From: Macrostomum lignano
Taxonomy: Eukaryota
Reading direction: 5' to 3'
Assembly (NCBI GenBank): GCA_002269645.1
Contig: NIVC01001905.1
Location: 62,001 to 126,000, forward strand
DNA: 64,000 nucleotides
How positions within the stretch are numbered: the stretch's first letter is position 1; each line of letters opens with the position of its first letter. The notes under the pieces are model-generated. The model ran no database searches. It was not told where the DNA came from and saw only the letters and a program-made list of their open reading frames with translations. Below, in pieces: positions 62,267 to 64,000 of the stretch. The position numbers and the translations under genes were made by a program.

Positions 62267-63628
62267 AGCGCTAAAATGAGTGCCTGCGGTGCCAAAATGA
62301 GTGCCTGCGGCGCTAAAATGAGTGCCTGCGACGCCAAAATGAGTAGCAGCAGCGCTAAAATGAGTGCCTGCGACGCCAAAATGAGTAGCAGCAGCGCTAA
62401 AATGAGTGCCTGCAGCGCTAAAATGAGTGCCTGCGGCGCTAAAATGAGTGCCTGCGACGCTAAAATGAGTGCCTGCGGCGCTAAAATGAGTGCCTGCGGC
62501 GCTAAAATGAGTGCCTGCGGCGCTAAAATGAGTGCCTGCAGCGCTAAAATGAGTGTCTACGGCGCTAAAATGAGTGCCTGCAGCGCCAAAATGAGTGCCT
62601 GCGGCGCTAAAATGACTGCCTGCGGCGCTAAAATGAGTGCCTGCGGCGCTAAAATGAGTGCCTGCGGCGCTAAAATGAGTGCCTGCGGCGCTAAAATGAG
62701 TGCCTGCGGCGCTAAAATGAGTGCCAGCAGCGCTAAAATGACTGCCTGCGGCGCTAAAATGAGTGCCTGCGGCGCTAAAATGAGTGCCTTTGGCGCTACG
62801 AGTGCCTGCGGCGCCAAAATGAGTGCCTGCAGCGCTAAAATGAGTGCCTGCGGCGCTAAAATGAGTGCCAGCAGCTCTAAAATGAGTGCCTGCAGCGCTA
62901 AAATGACTGCCTGCGGCGCTAAAATGAGTGCCTGCGGCGCTAAAATGAGTGCCTGCGGCGCTAAAATGACTGCCTGCGGCGCTAAAATGAGTGCCTGCGG
63001 CGCTAAAATGAGTGCCTGCGGCGCTAAAATGAGTGCCTGCGGCGCTAAAATGAGTGCCTGCGGCGCTAAAATGAGTGCCTTTGGCGCTACGAGTGCCTGT
63101 GGCGCTAAAATGAGTGTCTGCGGCGCTAAAATGAGTGCCTGCGGCGCTAAAATGAGTGCCTGCAGCGCTAAAATGAGTGCCTGCAGCGCTAAAATGAGTG
63201 CCTGCGGCGCTAAAATGAGTGCCTGCGGCGCTAAAATGAGTGCCTTTGGCGCTACGAGTGCCTGCGGCGCCAAAATGAGTGCCTGCAGCGCTAAAATGAG
63301 TGCCTGCGGCGCTAAAATGAGTGCCAGCAGCTCTAAAATGAGTGCCTGCAGCGCTAAAATGACTGCCTGCGGCGCTAAAATGAGTGCCTGCGGCGCTAAA
63401 ATGAGTGCCTGCGGCGCTAAAATGACTGCCTGCGGCGCTAAAATGAGTGCCTGCGGCGCTAAAATGAGTGCCTGCGGCGCTAAAATGAGTGCCTGCGGCG
63501 CTAAAATGAGTGCCTTTGGCGCTACGAGTGCCTGCGGCGCTAAAATGAGTGCCTGCAGCGCTAAAATGAGTGCCTGCAGCGCTAAAATGAGTGCCTGCGG
63601 CGCTAAAATGAGTACCTGTGGCGCTAAA
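62267..63628. repeat. 21-bp minisatellite (GCGCTAAAATGAGTGCCTGCG), ~65 units
   Basis: 7-aa periodicity in the overlapping ORFs. Confidence 0.97.
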
Positions 63629-64000
63629 CAATTATAGTACTCATATAAAACTGGGATAGAACTGGTAGGATAAACCGCACTTGAGCAGTATAATTTTTAC
63701 CGATATCTTTGTTTGTATACTATATTTTCGATCTTTGAATCCATCAATTATCCCCTGTTAACAAACAGCTGAGGAAGCTGAAGTTATGAAGTTTATGAAA
63801 GTTACTTTACGCAATACTGAGGAAGCAGTATAGCCTCACCAGTTGTATCCCCCACCGTGAAAAATTTCTGACTTTCTAATCGTCGAGCATGTACTCTCTC
63901 TCTGTGCCTTGGGGGTTGGTCCTCAGGTGTAAAAACCAATTGTCTTGCCCAGAAGCCCCAAATGAATGTGGCCGCTCTCGGGGTCAAGTAAACTTTACAT

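Overview
Eukaryotic (metazoan) genomic DNA with GT-AG spliced, GC-rich exons separated by introns swollen with tandem repeats. About 25 kb of the 64 kb is mini/microsatellite by my tally of array spans. The style suggests an invertebrate such as a free-living flatworm (Macrostomum-like), but that is inference only. Four complete spliced genes can be assembled by hand with consistent phases: a villin (+, 16 coding exons, 835 aa), an SRSF7/9G8-like RRM + zinc-knuckle SR protein (-, 338 aa), SETD3 actin-histidine methyltransferase (-, 6 exons, 474 aa) and a Tbx2/3-class T-box factor (+, 410-424 aa). Also present are a decayed sulfotransferase-family gene, a THAP-domain pseudogene fused to a 12-bp array, a broken mariner, an RTE-type LINE RT fragment, a tRNA-derived SINE with a probable partner 3' end elsewhere in the window, and hAT- and Harbinger-type MITEs with intact TSDs. 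Most long ORFs in the supplied track are artefacts of repeats. I found no prokaryotic system, CRISPR array or true RNA gene. The most distinctive pattern is that nearly every intron longer than ~500 nt carries its own, apparently locally born minisatellite, while introns shorter than ~450 nt carry none.
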